A stretch of 64,000 bases of DNA from an uncultured Sphingomonadales bacterium (GCA_964590595.1 CAZPXQ010000001.1:198410-262409), one strand, 5' to 3'; shown: positions 1 through 10,888, numbered from the stretch's first letter. Made by a program: numbers and translations. Notes: generated by a model from the letters alone, not told the origin.

Positions 1-812
1 ATGGCTTCGGGCAGCACCACTTCACGGGCTTTTTTCGGGCTGCTGCTGGCCAATTGCTGGGCCCGCTTTTCCTTTTCGCGGGCACGCCTGAGCGACGCCA
101 GCGAACGTTGCCGCATGCCGTCCTCGTCGCCCAGCACCTTGGTCACGCTCAGCTTGCCAGACCGCCGCCGTTCATCGTCGCGGCGCGCCGGCTTGGGCGT
201 TTCGACCTTGCGCTTGGCCTTGGCATCGCGGCGGCGTCCGCCGTCGGCGTCATCGCCAGGCTCCAGCGCTTCATGCACGGGTGCCCGAACCTCCGGGGTC
301 GGCTTTTTGCGCTCGCGCTCTTCCTTGCCCAACCGGGCTTCGTCCTCGGCGCGGCGGCGGGCTTCTTCCTCGGCCTGCCGCTTGGCCTCGCGGGCCTGAC
401 GCTCACGTTCAGCTTCCTCGGCCTTTTCCTGTTCAGCGCGGCGGCGGGCCTCCTCGGCGGCGCGACGGCGTTCTTCCTCGGCCTGCTTCATCGCCACCTT
501 GGCGACTTCCTGGCGGGCGGCGATCTCGGCCGCGGTCAAGCCGTCCTGTGGCTCTGGTGCCGGCGCTGGCGCCGGTTGCGGCTTGGCCGCCGGCGCCGGT
601 TCGGCGGCGGCTGGCTCGGCCGTGGGCGTCTGGACTTCAGTTTCGGCTTCCGCCTCGCCCGGCTTGCGCAACACGCGCTTGCGCTTCACCTCGACCACCA
701 CGGGCTTGGAGCGGCCATGGCTGAAGCTCTGGCGCACGCGGCCGGCCTCGACGGTGGTCTTGACGCCGAGTGTCTTGCGGCTTGCCAGGGTCAGTTTCTT
801 TTCGTCGCTCAT
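1..812 (-). CDS. infB: Translation initiation factor IF-2, N-terminal part (gene continues past the window start)
   Basis: Absent from the ORF track because it is open at the window edge. My reverse-strand translation from the ATG at 812..810 reads MSDEKKLTLASRKTLGVKTTVEAGRVRQSFSHGRSKPVVVEVKRKR, followed by a Glu/Ala/Arg/Lys-rich linker typical of IF-2. It lies downstream of rimP-nusA-ylxR, as in the conserved operon. Confidence 0.85.
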   Translation of the reverse strand, partial: MSDEKKLTLASRKTLGVKTTVEAGRVRQSFSHGRSKPVVVEVKRKRVLRKPGEAEAETEVQTPTAEPAAAEPAPAAKPQPAPAPAPEPQDGLTAAEIAARQEVAKVAMKQAEEERRRAAEEARRRAEQEKAEEAERERQAREAKRQAEEEARRRAEDEARLGKEERERKKPTPEVRAPVHEALEPGDDADGGRRRDAKAKRKVETPKPARRDDERRRSGKLSVTKVLGDEDGMRQRSLASLRRAREKEKRAQQLASSSPKKAREVVLPEA

Positions 813-893
813 GCCGTTCGCATACCTTCTCGTTCATTCATTCCCGGGCGCGTTCCCGGACCGGCGGAGGCGAGGCCCCGCAATCTTGGCCGC

Positions 894-1565
894 TTAAGCT
901 CGCCCGTCGGCTTGTGTCTCTTCGGCCATTCGTTCAACCGCTTGATCGGCATCCTTGCCCAGAAATGCGGCCAATTTTGTCGCCGCCGCCAGCAGTGGCG
1001 TCACCGCCGCGTCAGCTTTGAGCGCCGCATGTACCACATTTTCCCGGCCCATGGCCAAGCCCAATTCATCGCGACCGAACAAGCGCAAGATTGGCAGCCG
1101 CCAATGCCCGGCCAAACGCTCCAGCTTCGCCACGCCATCGGCCGCGCCATCCGCCGCACTGAACAACAGCGCCGCCTGCCCCGATTGCAGCAGATCATGG
1201 CATTGGCCAAAGCCGCTCACCGCCCGGCCAGCGCGGCGTTCCAGGCCCAACCGGTCCAGGCAACGGGCGCGCAAATAGCCTTCGACATGTTGGGCCAGAT
1301 CGGCGCGCACCGCCAAGCTGCGTTCATGCTTCAAGGCGCGCGCGGCTTTCTTGGTTAATATGCCTTTCGCGACGGCGTCGGCCAAGGGGGATTTTCGCGC
1401 CACCACCCAGGCGCCGCGGCCAGGCCATCTGGCTTCGAAATCGACCGCGAGACGGTCATCGGGGCCGGCGACCAGGCGCAGCAATCCGGCAACGGGCGCG
1501 GTCTGGCCCGTTAGGATGCAGCGCCGGGTGGGTCCTTCAACGACCCTGTCGGCCACGGATGCCAT
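894..1565 (-). CDS. YlxR/DUF448-type RNA-binding protein with an L7Ae-like C-terminal part
   Basis: 223-aa ORF containing RRCILTG...RGAWV, the YlxR signature. It sits in the conserved position between nusA and infB. Confidence 0.8.
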   Translation of the reverse strand: MASVADRVVEGPTRRCILTGQTAPVAGLLRLVAGPDDRLAVDFEARWPGRGAWVVARKSPLADAVAKGILTKKAARALKHERSLAVRADLAQHVEGYLRARCLDRLGLERRAGRAVSGFGQCHDLLQSGQAALLFSAADGAADGVAKLERLAGHWRLPILRLFGRDELGLAMGRENVVHAALKADAAVTPLLAAATKLAAFLGKDADQAVERMAEETQADGRA

Positions 1566-1575
1566 GCCGCCGGCC

Positions 1576-3126
1576 TCACGCTTCCGTTTCCGCGTCGGCG
1601 GCCACCGGTTCGTCCTCGAACCAATGCGCGCGCGCCGCCATGATGATTTTATTGGCCTCTTCCTCGCTCAATTCGAAGCTGCGCAGCAATCCGGTCTTTT
1701 TGTCGATCAATTCATCCGACGCCAAATCGCCAAGATCGTCCAGGGTCTTGATGCCGGCTTCGCCCAGCGTCACCAGCATCGGCTCGGTCAAGCCCTCGAT
1801 TTCGGCGACCGCGTCCTCGACGCCCAAGGCGCGCCGCTGTTCGGCGGCCTTTTCCGCCTGCCGGTCCAGCGCTTCCTGCGCGCGAACCTGCAGTTCATGC
1901 GCCAAGCCTTCGTCAAAGCCTTCGATCGCGGCGATCTCGGCTTCCTCGACATAGGCGATTTCCTCAAGCTCGGTGAAGCCTTCGGCGACCAGCAATTGCG
2001 CCAGGGTCTCATCGACATCAAGCTCGGCCACGAACATATTGGAACGGGCGACGAATTCTTCCTGGCGGCGTTCGGATTCCTCGGCCTCGGTCAAAATATC
2101 GATTTGCCAGCCGGTCAATTGCGAGGCCAGGCGCACATTTTGGCCGCGCCGGCCAATTGCCAGCGACAATTGCTCGTCCGGCACCACCACTTCGATGCGG
2201 CCTTCCTCCTCGTCCAGCACCACTTTCACCACTTCGGCTGGCGCCAGTGCGTTGACGATGAAGGTGGCCGGGTCCGGCGACCATTGAATAATGTCGATCT
2301 TCTCGCCTTGCAGTTCGGCGACCACCGCCTGCACCCGGCTGCCGCGCATGCCAACACAGGCGCCGACCGGGTCGATCGACTGATCCTTGGAAATCACCGC
2401 GATCTTGGCGCGGCTGCCCGGGTCGCGGGCCACCGACTTGATGGTGATGATGCCGTCATAGATTTCCGGCACTTCCTGGGCGAACAGCTTGGCCATGAAG
2501 TCTGGTGCTGCGCGGGAAAGGAAAATCTGCGGGCCACGGGTTTCGCGCCGAACGTCGAGAATATAGGCGCGGACGCGGTCATTTTGCCGGTAATGCTCGC
2601 GCGGGATCAGCTGATCGCGGCGGATAATCGCCTCCGCCTTGCCCAGATCGACGATGACATGGCCATATTCCACGCGCTTGACGACGCCGGTGATAATTTC
2701 GCCGATACGGTCCTTGAAATCATTATATTGCCGCTCGCGCTCGGCATCGCGCACTTTCTGGGTGATCACCTGCTTGGCTGCCTGCGCGGCGATGCGGCCA
2801 TAATCGATCGCTGGCAGGGGGTCCGCGACCCAATCACCCAGCTTGGCGTCTTCCTTCTTGGCGTGGGCGTCTTCCAGGCTGATTTGAACCGCCGGGTCCT
2901 CAACCTCCTCGACCACTTCCATCACCCGATAAAGCCGGATATCGCCATTTTGCCGGTCGATGGTGGCGCGAATTTCATGTTCGGCGCCATAGCGCGACTT
3001 CGCCGCCCGCTGGATCGCGTCTTCCAGCGCGTCGAAGACGATGCCTTCATCGATCGATTTTTCCTGCGCCACCGCCTTGGCGATTTGCACCAGTTCCAAT
3101 CTATTTGCACTGACGGCGACTGCCAT
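1576..3126 (-). CDS. nusA: Transcription termination/antitermination factor NusA
   Basis: 516-aa ORF. The N-terminus [26 protein letters not shown], the S1/KH region and an acidic C-terminal repeat region are all typical of NusA. Synteny with rimP and infB. Confidence 0.95.
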   Translation of the reverse strand: MAVAVSANRLELVQIAKAVAQEKSIDEGIVFDALEDAIQRAAKSRYGAEHEIRATIDRQNGDIRLYRVMEVVEEVEDPAVQISLEDAHAKKEDAKLGDWVADPLPAIDYGRIAAQAAKQVITQKVRDAERERQYNDFKDRIGEIITGVVKRVEYGHVIVDLGKAEAIIRRDQLIPREHYRQNDRVRAYILDVRRETRGPQIFLSRAAPDFMAKLFAQEVPEIYDGIITIKSVARDPGSRAKIAVISKDQSIDPVGACVGMRGSRVQAVVAELQGEKIDIIQWSPDPATFIVNALAPAEVVKVVLDEEEGRIEVVVPDEQLSLAIGRRGQNVRLASQLTGWQIDILTEAEESERRQEEFVARSNMFVAELDVDETLAQLLVAEGFTELEEIAYVEEAEIAAIEGFDEGLAHELQVRAQEALDRQAEKAAEQRRALGVEDAVAEIEGLTEPMLVTLGEAGIKTLDDLGDLASDELIDKKTGLLRSFELSEEEANKIIMAARAHWFEDEPVAADAETEA

Positions 3127-3150
3127 GGTCCTGCTCCGCTTGATTGGGTG

Positions 3151-3690
3151 TCATTGTCCGCCAGGCTCGCCGGCGCGGGCGGCGCTGGCCAACAAGGCAT
3201 CGGTTAAAACCAGCTTGGCCTTTTCAACCAAGTCATAGGGAATTCGCGCCAAGCCGTCCTGGGTCTCGATGGCGACGACATCGTCATCATCGATGCCCAG
3301 CAATTTGCCGGTAAAGCGCTTGCGGCCATCGATTTGGCGCACGGTGGTGACGCGGGCGTCAAGCCCGGCATAGCGGATGAAATCCTCGCGCCGGGTCAGC
3401 GGCCGATCAATGCCGGGCGACGAGACTTCCAGCACATATTCGCCGCGCAATGGCTCGGCGACGTCGAGCAGGGCCGAAATTTCCCGGCTCAGCCGTTCGC
3501 AATCCTCGACCGACATGCTGCCATCGGGTCGCTCGGCCATGACTTGTAGCTTCGGCCGGCGATCGCCACCCAAGGCGACGCGGACTAGCCGATAGCCCAA
3601 GTCTGCCACTGCGGGCTCAATCAAGGCGCTGACACGCTGCGCTGGGTCCATTGCTGCCGGGTTGTTGGCTGCCGGGGTCATCAACCGCAT
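3151..3690 (-). CDS. rimP: Ribosome maturation factor RimP
   Basis: 179-aa ORF immediately upstream of nusA. Contains the LEVSSPGIDRPL motif characteristic of RimP. The exact start is uncertain (M1, M4 or M14). Confidence 0.9.
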   Translation of the reverse strand: MRLMTPAANNPAAMDPAQRVSALIEPAVADLGYRLVRVALGGDRRPKLQVMAERPDGSMSVEDCERLSREISALLDVAEPLRGEYVLEVSSPGIDRPLTRREDFIRYAGLDARVTTVRQIDGRKRFTGKLLGIDDDDVVAIETQDGLARIPYDLVEKAKLVLTDALLASAARAGEPGGQ

Positions 3691-3869
3691 CCTTGGGCAT
3701 GGCGTCGTCCACGCGCGCCGCGCCGCTTGGTTTCATCTTCGTTTAATATCGTCACTCAATTCGCAATACCCTTCGTCCAGCGGACGCGAGGCCCACTCCC
3801 CAACATTCTGCCGATGTCATGGAAGTGGCGCTGTTATAACGCCAGCGCCAAGCCCAAGGCAAGGCTTTT

Positions 3870-4565
3870 TCAAAGCCCCGCTTCGGCGCGGCCTCGGCGC
3901 CGCAAGCGCAGATAAACACTGCGGCGGCCGGCCAGCGCCGCTTTTTGTTCATAGCGGGTTTGCGGCCAGTCGTCGGGCCTGGCCTGCCAGTCGGTGGCGG
4001 TTTGTGCCTGCCAGGCAAAAGCCGGATGGCGGCTGAACTGCATCAGGCTCCAAGCACTATAGCCGGCATCGTCGGTGCCGAGGCGGAGTTCCGCATCGTC
4101 GCGCATCACCCGTGCCAGGGCGTCAAGATTGTCGGGTCGAACGAAGCGGCGCTTGGCGTGACGGGGTTTCGGCCAGGGGTCGGGATGCAGCAGGAACACA
4201 CGGTCTACCGCCGCTTCGGGCAGGGCGTCGATCGCCTCGCGGGCGTCGCCCATGTGAATGCGGATATTGTCAAGCTGGCTGGCGTCGATCTGTGCCAGCA
4301 AGCTGGCGACGCCATTTTCAAACGGCTCGCATCCCAACACCAGCGTGTTGGGGTGATGCCCCGCTTGCCAGGCCAAATGCTCGCCCTTGCCGAAGCCGAT
4401 TTCCAGCCACAGCCGCCGGTCCGCCGGCCAATCTTGCGCCGCCGCCGGGTTGAACGCCAGGCGCGGCAACAAAGTTTCCAGCAAGCCCTGACGATAAGCG
4501 GTCAGCCGCTTGCCCTTGCGGCGGCCATGGACATGGCGGCGCAACAAGGCAAGCGGGTGCGACAC
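3870..4565 (-). CDS. trmB: tRNA (guanine-N7)-methyltransferase TrmB
   Basis: The C-terminal 232 aa of the 383-aa track ORF carry LEIGFGKGEH...LLHPDPWPKPRHAKRR, the TrmB SAM-methyltransferase signature. I place the start at the GTG at 4565..4563, 2 nt downstream of the preceding gene's stop codon. The longer N-terminal extension overlaps the XRE gene and is Arg/Gly/Pro-rich. Confidence 0.85.
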   Translation of the reverse strand: MSHPLALLRRHVHGRRKGKRLTAYRQGLLETLLPRLAFNPAAAQDWPADRRLWLEIGFGKGEHLAWQAGHHPNTLVLGCEPFENGVASLLAQIDASQLDNIRIHMGDAREAIDALPEAAVDRVFLLHPDPWPKPRHAKRRFVRPDNLDALARVMRDDAELRLGTDDAGYSAWSLMQFSRHPAFAWQAQTATDWQARPDDWPQTRYEQKAALAGRRSVYLRLRRRGRAEAGL

Positions 4566-4567
4566 TG

Positions 4568-4975
4568 CTAACGCTCCGCCGGCGCCCCGACCGATTTCAC
4601 CAGTTCGAAAATACGCTTGCGTACCGTCGGGTCGGCGATCCGGTAATAGGCGCGGACCAGTTCCAGGGTTTCGCGGCGGGCCAAATGCTCGGTCTCGAAC
4701 GGTTCCGCCGGCGCTTCCGCCATGCCCGGCGCGCCGCCGGATGGCGTTTCCGGGATCTCCTCGAAGAAATAGGAGACCGGCACATCCAGGATTTGCGACA
4801 ATTGAAAAAGCCGCGACGAGCCAATGCGATTGGCGCCGCGTTCGTATTTTTGCACCTGCTGGAAGGTCAAGCCGAGGGCGTCGCCCAACTTTTCCTGACT
4901 CATGCCCAGCAGGGTTCGGCGTAGGCGCACGCGCGCGCCAACATGCACGTCGATCGGGTTTGGTTTCGAGGCCAC
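4568..4975 (-). CDS. XRE-family helix-turn-helix transcriptional regulator
   Basis: HTH_3 motif: LRRTLLGMSQEKLGDALGLTFQQVQKYERGANRIGSSRL. I chose the GTG at 4975..4973, which is preceded by AGGGGAA 7 nt upstream. The region upstream of that looks non-coding. Confidence 0.8.
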   Translation of the reverse strand: MASKPNPIDVHVGARVRLRRTLLGMSQEKLGDALGLTFQQVQKYERGANRIGSSRLFQLSQILDVPVSYFFEEIPETPSGGAPGMAEAPAEPFETEHLARRETLELVRAYYRIADPTVRKRIFELVKSVGAPAER

Positions 4976-5138
4976 TATGATTTCCCCTATGCGTTGTTGT
5001 GGGGTGTTTATTGATCCGCACCGCGCGCCGCTGTTGCGGTCACATGGCTTGGATTGATCCGCCGTCCACGGGAAACCAACCTTTTGGCCGCCCATGGCAG
5101 ACTCCGCGTCTGTAACCCGCCCGGCTAGACCGGTCAAG

Positions 5139-6776
5139 TCATGTTCGGATTGGATTATTCTTGGCCTTGGCCCGATAGTGCGCAAATAAACCCGCCATCA
5201 GTGCCAGCATCGCTAAATAACCCCAGTCGCGCCAAAGACGATAGGGCGCCACTTGCTGTAGTGGCTCAGGTAATTGTCCGACAATAATGTCGGTTTTATT
5301 TTGTTTTGCTGCATATAAAATACGCCCAACTGGATCAATGACTGCGCTGATACCAGTGTTGGTTGCGCGTACCATTGGAATACCTTCTTCAATTGACCGC
5401 ATGCGGGCAATGGCAAAATGCTGGTGCGGGCCGTGGCTGTCGCCGAACCAGGCATCGTTGGAAATATTCAGCAGCCAAGCCGGGGCCGGGGCGTCGTCTC
5501 CGGCGGTGACGGCGCCGGGAAAGATCGCTTCATAGCAGATCAGCGGACTGAACGGCGGCACGCCGGGGGCGCTCAGCGTGCGCGGTCCGGGGCCGCCGGA
5601 GAAATCGATGCCGGACGGCACCAGCCGGCCAATGCCCAGGCGCTGCAACAGGCCGCGTCCCGGCACATATTCGCCAAATGGCACCAGATGGGTTTTGTCA
5701 TAGCGGCCGTGCGGATTGCCGGCGTCGTCGACCGCGAACAGGCTGTTGTAGGCGGTCAGTTGGCCATCGCCGTCACGGCGCAAATGCGGCGCGCCGGTCA
5801 AGACCACGCCGGGCCGGTCGAGCGCCTTGCTGATCAAATACCGGGTAGTGAATTCACGTTCCGGATCGAAGGCGATGGCGGTTTCCGGCCAGATCACCAG
5901 CGCCCGCGCGCCAGGGGCATGGCGCAGGGCGGCCTGGCTCATTTCGATATGGCGGTGGAAATGATCGCGCAGCAGGTCGTCATCCCATTTGCGTTCCTGC
6001 GGGATATTGGCCTGCACCGTCACCAGCGCCAGGTCGGGCACGAATTGGCTGGGGTTGAGGCTTAGCCGCAGCAGGCCGAAACCGGCGATCAAAACGCTGG
6101 CCGATATGGCGGCGGCCAGGGGTCGCCAGCTTGGCGTCGCGCCGGCGCCAGCAGGCGCCATGGCGGCCGGGGCGGCGGCCAGCAACAGCACCAGCAGACT
6201 GAGGCCATAAACCCCGACATAGGCGGCCAATTGCATGGCGACCGGGTTGAAGGCCAGCGCATGGCCGGCGAAGTTCCAGGGAAAGCCAGTGAAAAGATGG
6301 CCGCGCAGCCATTCCGCCGCCGACCAGCAAATCGCGAAGATCAAAATCCGTTCATCGCCCGGGGTCCACAGCCGCCGCGCCGCCGCCACCGCCAAGGCCG
6401 GAAACAGCGCCAGCGCTGCCGCCAGCAGCAACACCGCCGCCAGCCCTTGGCCATAGCTAACCCCGTCGCGCACCGAAAAGGCGTTGGCGATCCAGAACAA
6501 GCCGGTCAAAAATTGTCCAAAGCCGAACCACCAGCCCACAATCAGCGCCGCCCGCCAATCGCGGCTGGCGTCGAGCAGCCAGATCAAGCCCGTGAGCGCG
6601 ATCACCAGCATTGGCAAAACGAACCAGGGCGCGAAGGCCAGCGGCAGCAGCGCGCCCAGGCCAAAGGCCAGCATCCAGGCCTGACGGCGCGGCCGCGCCC
6701 GGACCCATGCGGCAAGGCCAAGGATGGCTTGCAACAGCCGGCGCGGGTGCGGCCCTGCGTCCGGCGCGGCGGTCAA
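5139..6776 (-). CDS. lnt: Apolipoprotein N-acyltransferase
   Basis: Multi-TM N-terminal half plus a CN-hydrolase domain (VIWPETA..., ICYEAIFP). Last gene of the miaB-phoH-ybeY-corC-lnt block. The start is uncertain: TTG at 6776 (overlapping the corC stop), TTG at 6734, or ATG at 6674. Confidence 0.85.
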   Translation of the reverse strand: MTAAPDAGPHPRRLLQAILGLAAWVRARPRRQAWMLAFGLGALLPLAFAPWFVLPMLVIALTGLIWLLDASRDWRAALIVGWWFGFGQFLTGLFWIANAFSVRDGVSYGQGLAAVLLLAAALALFPALAVAAARRLWTPGDERILIFAICWSAAEWLRGHLFTGFPWNFAGHALAFNPVAMQLAAYVGVYGLSLLVLLLAAAPAAMAPAGAGATPSWRPLAAAISASVLIAGFGLLRLSLNPSQFVPDLALVTVQANIPQERKWDDDLLRDHFHRHIEMSQAALRHAPGARALVIWPETAIAFDPEREFTTRYLISKALDRPGVVLTGAPHLRRDGDGQLTAYNSLFAVDDAGNPHGRYDKTHLVPFGEYVPGRGLLQRLGIGRLVPSGIDFSGGPGPRTLSAPGVPPFSPLICYEAIFPGAVTAGDDAPAPAWLLNISNDAWFGDSHGPHQHFAIARMRSIEEGIPMVRATNTGISAVIDPVGRILYAAKQNKTDIIVGQLPEPLQQVAPYRLWRDWGYLAMLALMAGLFAHYRAKAKNNPIRT

Positions 6777-7738
6777 ACCGGCTGCTCCGCCGCGCCTTCT
6801 TCCGAGGCCGCGGGCGGATAGACCCGCACCCTCTTGATGCGACGGGGGTCGCCGTCGACGATCTCGAACCGGCAACCGCTGGGATGGCCGATCACCTCGC
6901 CTATCATCGGCACCTTGCCTGAGAGGCTGGTGATCAGGCCGCCCAAGGTGTCGATATCTTCCTCGCGCTCCTGGCTCAGCAATTGCAGACCCAAGGCATG
7001 CGACAAATCCTCCACCGGCACCCGGGCATCGGCGTCATAGCCGCCATCGGCCAGTCGCCGCAGCGGTTCCGGCATCAACGTGTCGTGTTCGTCCTCGATA
7101 TCGCCGACAAATTGTTCGACCAGATCCTCGATCGTCACCAAGCCGTCGGTGCCGCCATATTCATCGATCACGATCGCCATGTGGATGCGCGCGGTGCGCA
7201 TTTTCACCAATAGGTCGATCACCCGCATCGACGGCGGCACGAACAGCACCGAGCGCAACAGGCTGTTGATTGGCGGCGGCTGCTGGCCGGGCGCGGCCAA
7301 ATGCTGGAGAACGTCCTTGATGTGGACCATGCCGACGACATCGTCGAGCGAGTCGCGAAACACTGGCAGCCGCGAATGCGCGGCTTGGGCGAATAGCGCC
7401 ACGAGGTCGTCAAAGCCGTCTTCCATGGCGAAGGCGACGATGTCGGCGCGCGGTACCATCACTTCATCCAGGCGCAGCCGGCCATTGCTCAGCAGATTGC
7501 GCAACATGGTCAGTTCCTCGCCGCCGATATCGTCGGTGCGTGGGGCCAGGTCCTGATGTTCTTCTAGCGCGTCCTCAAGGCTGCGGCGTAGCGACGGCTC
7601 GTCCTCGCGCCATAATTTGCCGCGCAACCAATCAACGAAACCATTGCGTCTGGAACTGGAGGAGGGGTCTTCCGCGCCAGCTGTGGGCGCGGCGCTGCTA
7701 CTGGAACTCGGACTGGACGGCGGGGATGACTCGTTCAT
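6773..7738 (-). CDS. corC: CBS-pair plus CorC/HlyC-domain magnesium/cobalt efflux protein (TlyC/CorC family)
   Basis: 321-aa ORF with two CBS domains (MVPRADIVAF..., VVGMVHIKDV) and a CorC_HlyC C-terminal domain. Its ATG overlaps the ybeY stop (ATGA). Confidence 0.9.
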   Translation of the reverse strand: MNESSPPSSPSSSSSAAPTAGAEDPSSSSRRNGFVDWLRGKLWREDEPSLRRSLEDALEEHQDLAPRTDDIGGEELTMLRNLLSNGRLRLDEVMVPRADIVAFAMEDGFDDLVALFAQAAHSRLPVFRDSLDDVVGMVHIKDVLQHLAAPGQQPPPINSLLRSVLFVPPSMRVIDLLVKMRTARIHMAIVIDEYGGTDGLVTIEDLVEQFVGDIEDEHDTLMPEPLRRLADGGYDADARVPVEDLSHALGLQLLSQEREEDIDTLGGLITSLSGKVPMIGEVIGHPSGCRFEIVDGDPRRIKRVRVYPPAASEEGAAEQPV

Positions 7739-8280
7739 GTCTCAATGGCTCTGCGATTGCTGTCGGGTTGGTGATATGGGCTTTCATAAGGATCGGCAAT
7801 CCCGATCCGCGCCAGCGCCGCGCGCTCCAGGGCTTCCATGGCTTCGGCCTCGGCGGCATGGTCATGATCATGGCCCAACAAATGCAGCGTACCATGAACG
7901 ATCAGGTGGCAACAATGATCGGCGACGGTCTTGTCTTGGGCTTGTGCCTCGGCAACGATGGTTTGATAGGCCAGCACAATATCGCCCAACAGCACAGGGG
8001 CGCCGTCGCCGGCGTCGGTGCCGTGGTTGAGGCGGATTAAATCCTGCGCCGTGCAGGCTTGAAACGACAACACATTGGTCGCGCCCGACTTGCCGCGATA
8101 TTGCTGGTTCAAGGCAGCGATCGCGGCGTCGTCGGTCAACACCACCGCAACCTCGACCAGCCCGTCGCCAATGCCGGCGCAAGCCAAGGCCGCGGCCACT
8201 GCGTCGCGAGCATGGGCCTCGGCATCGGCCAGACAGCCGTGCCAGCCATCGGCCTCGATCATCACATCAACTTCCGCCAT
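7735..8280 (-). CDS. ybeY: rRNA maturation endoribonuclease YbeY
   Basis: Zinc motif HGTLHLLGHDH. Synteny with phoH and corC. Confidence 0.93.
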   Translation of the reverse strand: MAEVDVMIEADGWHGCLADAEAHARDAVAAALACAGIGDGLVEVAVVLTDDAAIAALNQQYRGKSGATNVLSFQACTAQDLIRLNHGTDAGDGAPVLLGDIVLAYQTIVAEAQAQDKTVADHCCHLIVHGTLHLLGHDHDHAAEAEAMEALERAALARIGIADPYESPYHQPDSNRRAIET

Positions 8281-8286
8281 CCGTGT

Positions 8287-9369
8287 TCAGACCTGCTCGC
8301 CATCATCGTCGCCTGATGTGCCGCTGGCGCGGGCATAGGCGTCGACAATGCGGCCAACCAAGGGATGGCGGACCACGTCGGCAGCGCTGAAACGCACCAT
8401 CCCGACATCTTCGACGCCGGTCAACAACCGCACTGCGTCGATCAGTCCCGACTGGGTGCGCGGCGGCAAGTCGACCTGACTGGGATCGCCGGCGATGACC
8501 ATGCGGGCATTGTGACCGAACCGGGTGAGGAACATTTTCATCTGCATGCGGCTGGCGTTTTGTGCTTCATCGAGAATGATGAAGGCATTGGCCAGGGTGC
8601 GCCCGCGCATGAACGCCAGTGGTGCGATCTCGATCTCGCCGGCGCGGAACCGGCGCTCAACCTGATCCGGAGGCAACAGATCGTATAGCGCGTCATAAAG
8701 CGGCCTGAGATAGGGATCGACCTTCTCGCGCATGTCGCCGGGCAGGAAGCCGAGATTCTCGCCCGCCTCTACCGCCGGCCGCGACAGCACAATGCGATCG
8801 ACGCTGCCATCCAGCAGGCAGGCCACTGCCTGGGCGACCGCCAAATAGGTTTTGCCGGTCCCCGCCGGGCCGAGGGCAAACACCATCGGCATCGATTTCA
8901 GATGGCGAATATAATGCGCTTGTCCGGGCGAACGCGGCGCCAGGATCCGCTTGCGAATCTGAATGCGCAATTCATCCTCGACGATCCGGCGTGGCGCCGG
9001 CACTGCAGCGACGGGGTTGGCGGTGATCGGCAAATCCGCGCACAGCCGCGCGGCCATCCGCAAGGCGCCGTCGACATCGCCCAATTCAACCTCATGGCCG
9101 CGCTGCAAGCGGTCATAAAGCTCGACCAACACGTCGCGAGCCTGGCCACGGGCGTCGGCGTTGGCGCCGTCAATCACCAGCCGATTGCCATGGCTGATCA
9201 GCTTGACGCCCAAATGGCTTTCAATGCGTTCCAGATTCTGACTGTACTCGCCAAACAACGGGGCGAGCAGCAGATTATCCGCGAAATTCAGTTCGACCCG
9301 CCCGTCCGGGTGGCCGGTTTGGGTCACCGCCAAATCCACCATTTTTTGACGCTTCAAGCCGGTTGTCAC
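8287..9369 (-). CDS. phoH: PhoH-like ATPase (YbeZ)
   Basis: Walker A motif GPAGTGKTYLAV and the typical C-terminal PhoH domain. Located between miaB and ybeY. Confidence 0.92.
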   Translation of the reverse strand: MTTGLKRQKMVDLAVTQTGHPDGRVELNFADNLLLAPLFGEYSQNLERIESHLGVKLISHGNRLVIDGANADARGQARDVLVELYDRLQRGHEVELGDVDGALRMAARLCADLPITANPVAAVPAPRRIVEDELRIQIRKRILAPRSPGQAHYIRHLKSMPMVFALGPAGTGKTYLAVAQAVACLLDGSVDRIVLSRPAVEAGENLGFLPGDMREKVDPYLRPLYDALYDLLPPDQVERRFRAGEIEIAPLAFMRGRTLANAFIILDEAQNASRMQMKMFLTRFGHNARMVIAGDPSQVDLPPRTQSGLIDAVRLLTGVEDVGMVRFSAADVVRHPLVGRIVDAYARASGTSGDDDGEQV

Positions 9370-9468
9370 TCCCTATCGCCTGGCTGCCGGTGAAGGCTTG
9401 CCGCTGCTGCCCGCTGCTTCCAAATGCATAGCACGCCGTCAATGACCGGGCGATGACAGCACGCTGGC

Positions 9469-10854
9469 TCAACCCACCGCTTCAGCAGCCAAACTGTTGG
9501 GCCCGGCGGCGGTGATCCGGCAGCGCAACAGCGCCCCTATCGGATCAGCATAAACCGGGCGCTGCGTCGCGTCCAGCGATGTGGTGCTGGCCAGCGCGAT
9601 ATGCACCGCCTGCATATAGGGGCTGCGGCCGACATATTGAAGGGCATCGCGGCCACGGCGCTCGATCAAAATATCGTCGACCCGGCCAATGCTGTCGCGG
9701 TTGAAGCGCAATTGCTGGGCGTTCAGCAGGTCTTGCAAGGCCGCCAGCCGCGCCGCTTTCACCGGTTCGGGCACCTGATCGTCGAGCGCCGCGCCGGGGG
9801 TGCCGGGGCGCGGCGAATATTTGAAGGAATAGCATTGGGCATAGCCCACCCGGCGGACCAGATCCATGGTCTGCTCGAAATCGGCGTCGGTCTCGCCAGG
9901 AAAACCGACGATGATGTCGGACGACAAGGCTATGTCCGGCCGGGCCTGGCGCAAGCGGTCGATGATCCGGAAATATTCGTCGCGGCCGTGGCGACGGTTC
10001 ATCGCCGCCAAAATCGCGTCGGAGCCGGATTGGATCGGCAGATGCAGATAGGGCATCAGCGCGGCGACGTCGCGATGGGCGGCGATTTGCGCGTCATCGA
10101 CATCGCGTGGGTGCGAGGTGGTGTAGCGCAGCCGCGCCAGACCATCGATCGCTGCCAGCCGGCGGATCAGCGCGCCCAGGCCGATGCTGGCGCCATCCGC
10201 GTCGCGGCCGTGATAGGCATTGACATTTTGGCCCAACAGGGTGATTTCGCGCGCGCCCCGGGCAACCAGCGATTGCGCCTCGGTCACCACTTCGGCGACC
10301 GGGCGCGAGGTTTCGGCGCCCCGGGTATAGGGCACGACGCAAAAACTGCAGAATTTGTCGCAGCCTTCCTGAATGGTCAAAAAGGCGCTGGGGCCAACCC
10401 GTCCGGCGGCCTTGGGCAGGCCGTCGAACTTGCTGTCGGCGGGAAAATCGGTGTCGAGAACGCGCGGCCGCCGGCCCTGGGTGGCTTGCCCCTCGGCTTC
10501 GGCCAGCATCGCCGGCAGGCGATGATAGGTTTGCGGCCCGAACACCAGATTGACCGCGGCCGCCCGGCGCATGATCTCAGCCCCCTCGGCTTGGCCAACG
10601 CAGCCGCCGACCGCGATCAAGCGCTCGCCCTGGCTGTCGGCCTGGCGCGGCAAGGCGCGCAGCCGGCCGATGTCGGAATACACCTTCTCCGCCGCTTTTT
10701 CGCGAATATGGCAGGTGTTCAAAATGACCAGATCGGCCGCCGCCGGGTCGCCGACCTGGGCATAGCCCAGGCCGTCCAGGGTCTCGGCCATGCGGGTGCT
10801 GTCATAAACATTCATCTGACAGCCATAGGTCTTGATGTGCACGCGTTTGGCCAA
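9469..10854 (-). CDS. miaB: tRNA-2-methylthio-N6-dimethylallyladenosine synthase
   Basis: N-terminus [12 protein letters not shown] and radical-SAM motif [15 protein letters not shown]. 461 aa. Confidence 0.95.
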   Translation of the reverse strand: MAKRVHIKTYGCQMNVYDSTRMAETLDGLGYAQVGDPAAADLVILNTCHIREKAAEKVYSDIGRLRALPRQADSQGERLIAVGGCVGQAEGAEIMRRAAAVNLVFGPQTYHRLPAMLAEAEGQATQGRRPRVLDTDFPADSKFDGLPKAAGRVGPSAFLTIQEGCDKFCSFCVVPYTRGAETSRPVAEVVTEAQSLVARGAREITLLGQNVNAYHGRDADGASIGLGALIRRLAAIDGLARLRYTTSHPRDVDDAQIAAHRDVAALMPYLHLPIQSGSDAILAAMNRRHGRDEYFRIIDRLRQARPDIALSSDIIVGFPGETDADFEQTMDLVRRVGYAQCYSFKYSPRPGTPGAALDDQVPEPVKAARLAALQDLLNAQQLRFNRDSIGRVDDILIERRGRDALQYVGRSPYMQAVHIALASTTSLDATQRPVYADPIGALLRCRITAAGPNSLAAEAVG

Positions 10855-10888
10855 TGGACCCTTCCTTCAATACGCCAACCTTACGGGA

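Noticed and set aside
1351-3207. 618-aa plus-strand ORF covering the nusA region. Similar ORFs are 54..1358 (+), 9601..11043 (+), 31746..33080 (-), 51347..52714 (-), 58501..60288 (-), 61171..61854 (-) and 62918..63736 (-).
   Set aside because: These are antisense shadow ORFs, which are typical of high-G+C DNA. Their translations are Arg/Gly/Ala/Pro/His-rich and carry no recognisable motifs. In each case the opposite strand encodes an unmistakable conserved protein (NusA, MiaB, PntA, MetK, ProB/ProA, NadD, EnvC-like).
3826-3851. Hairpin GGCGCTG...CAGCGCC as the trmB terminator.
   Set aside because: No U-run follows it on the trmB strand, so it is too weak to call.
4566-5021. N-terminal 152-aa extension of the trmB ORF (the track ORF is 3870..5021).
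   Set aside because: The extension overlaps the XRE regulator gene in another frame, is Arg/Gly/Pro-rich, and has no TrmB counterpart. A GTG start at 4565, right after the upstream stop, gives a normal-length TrmB.
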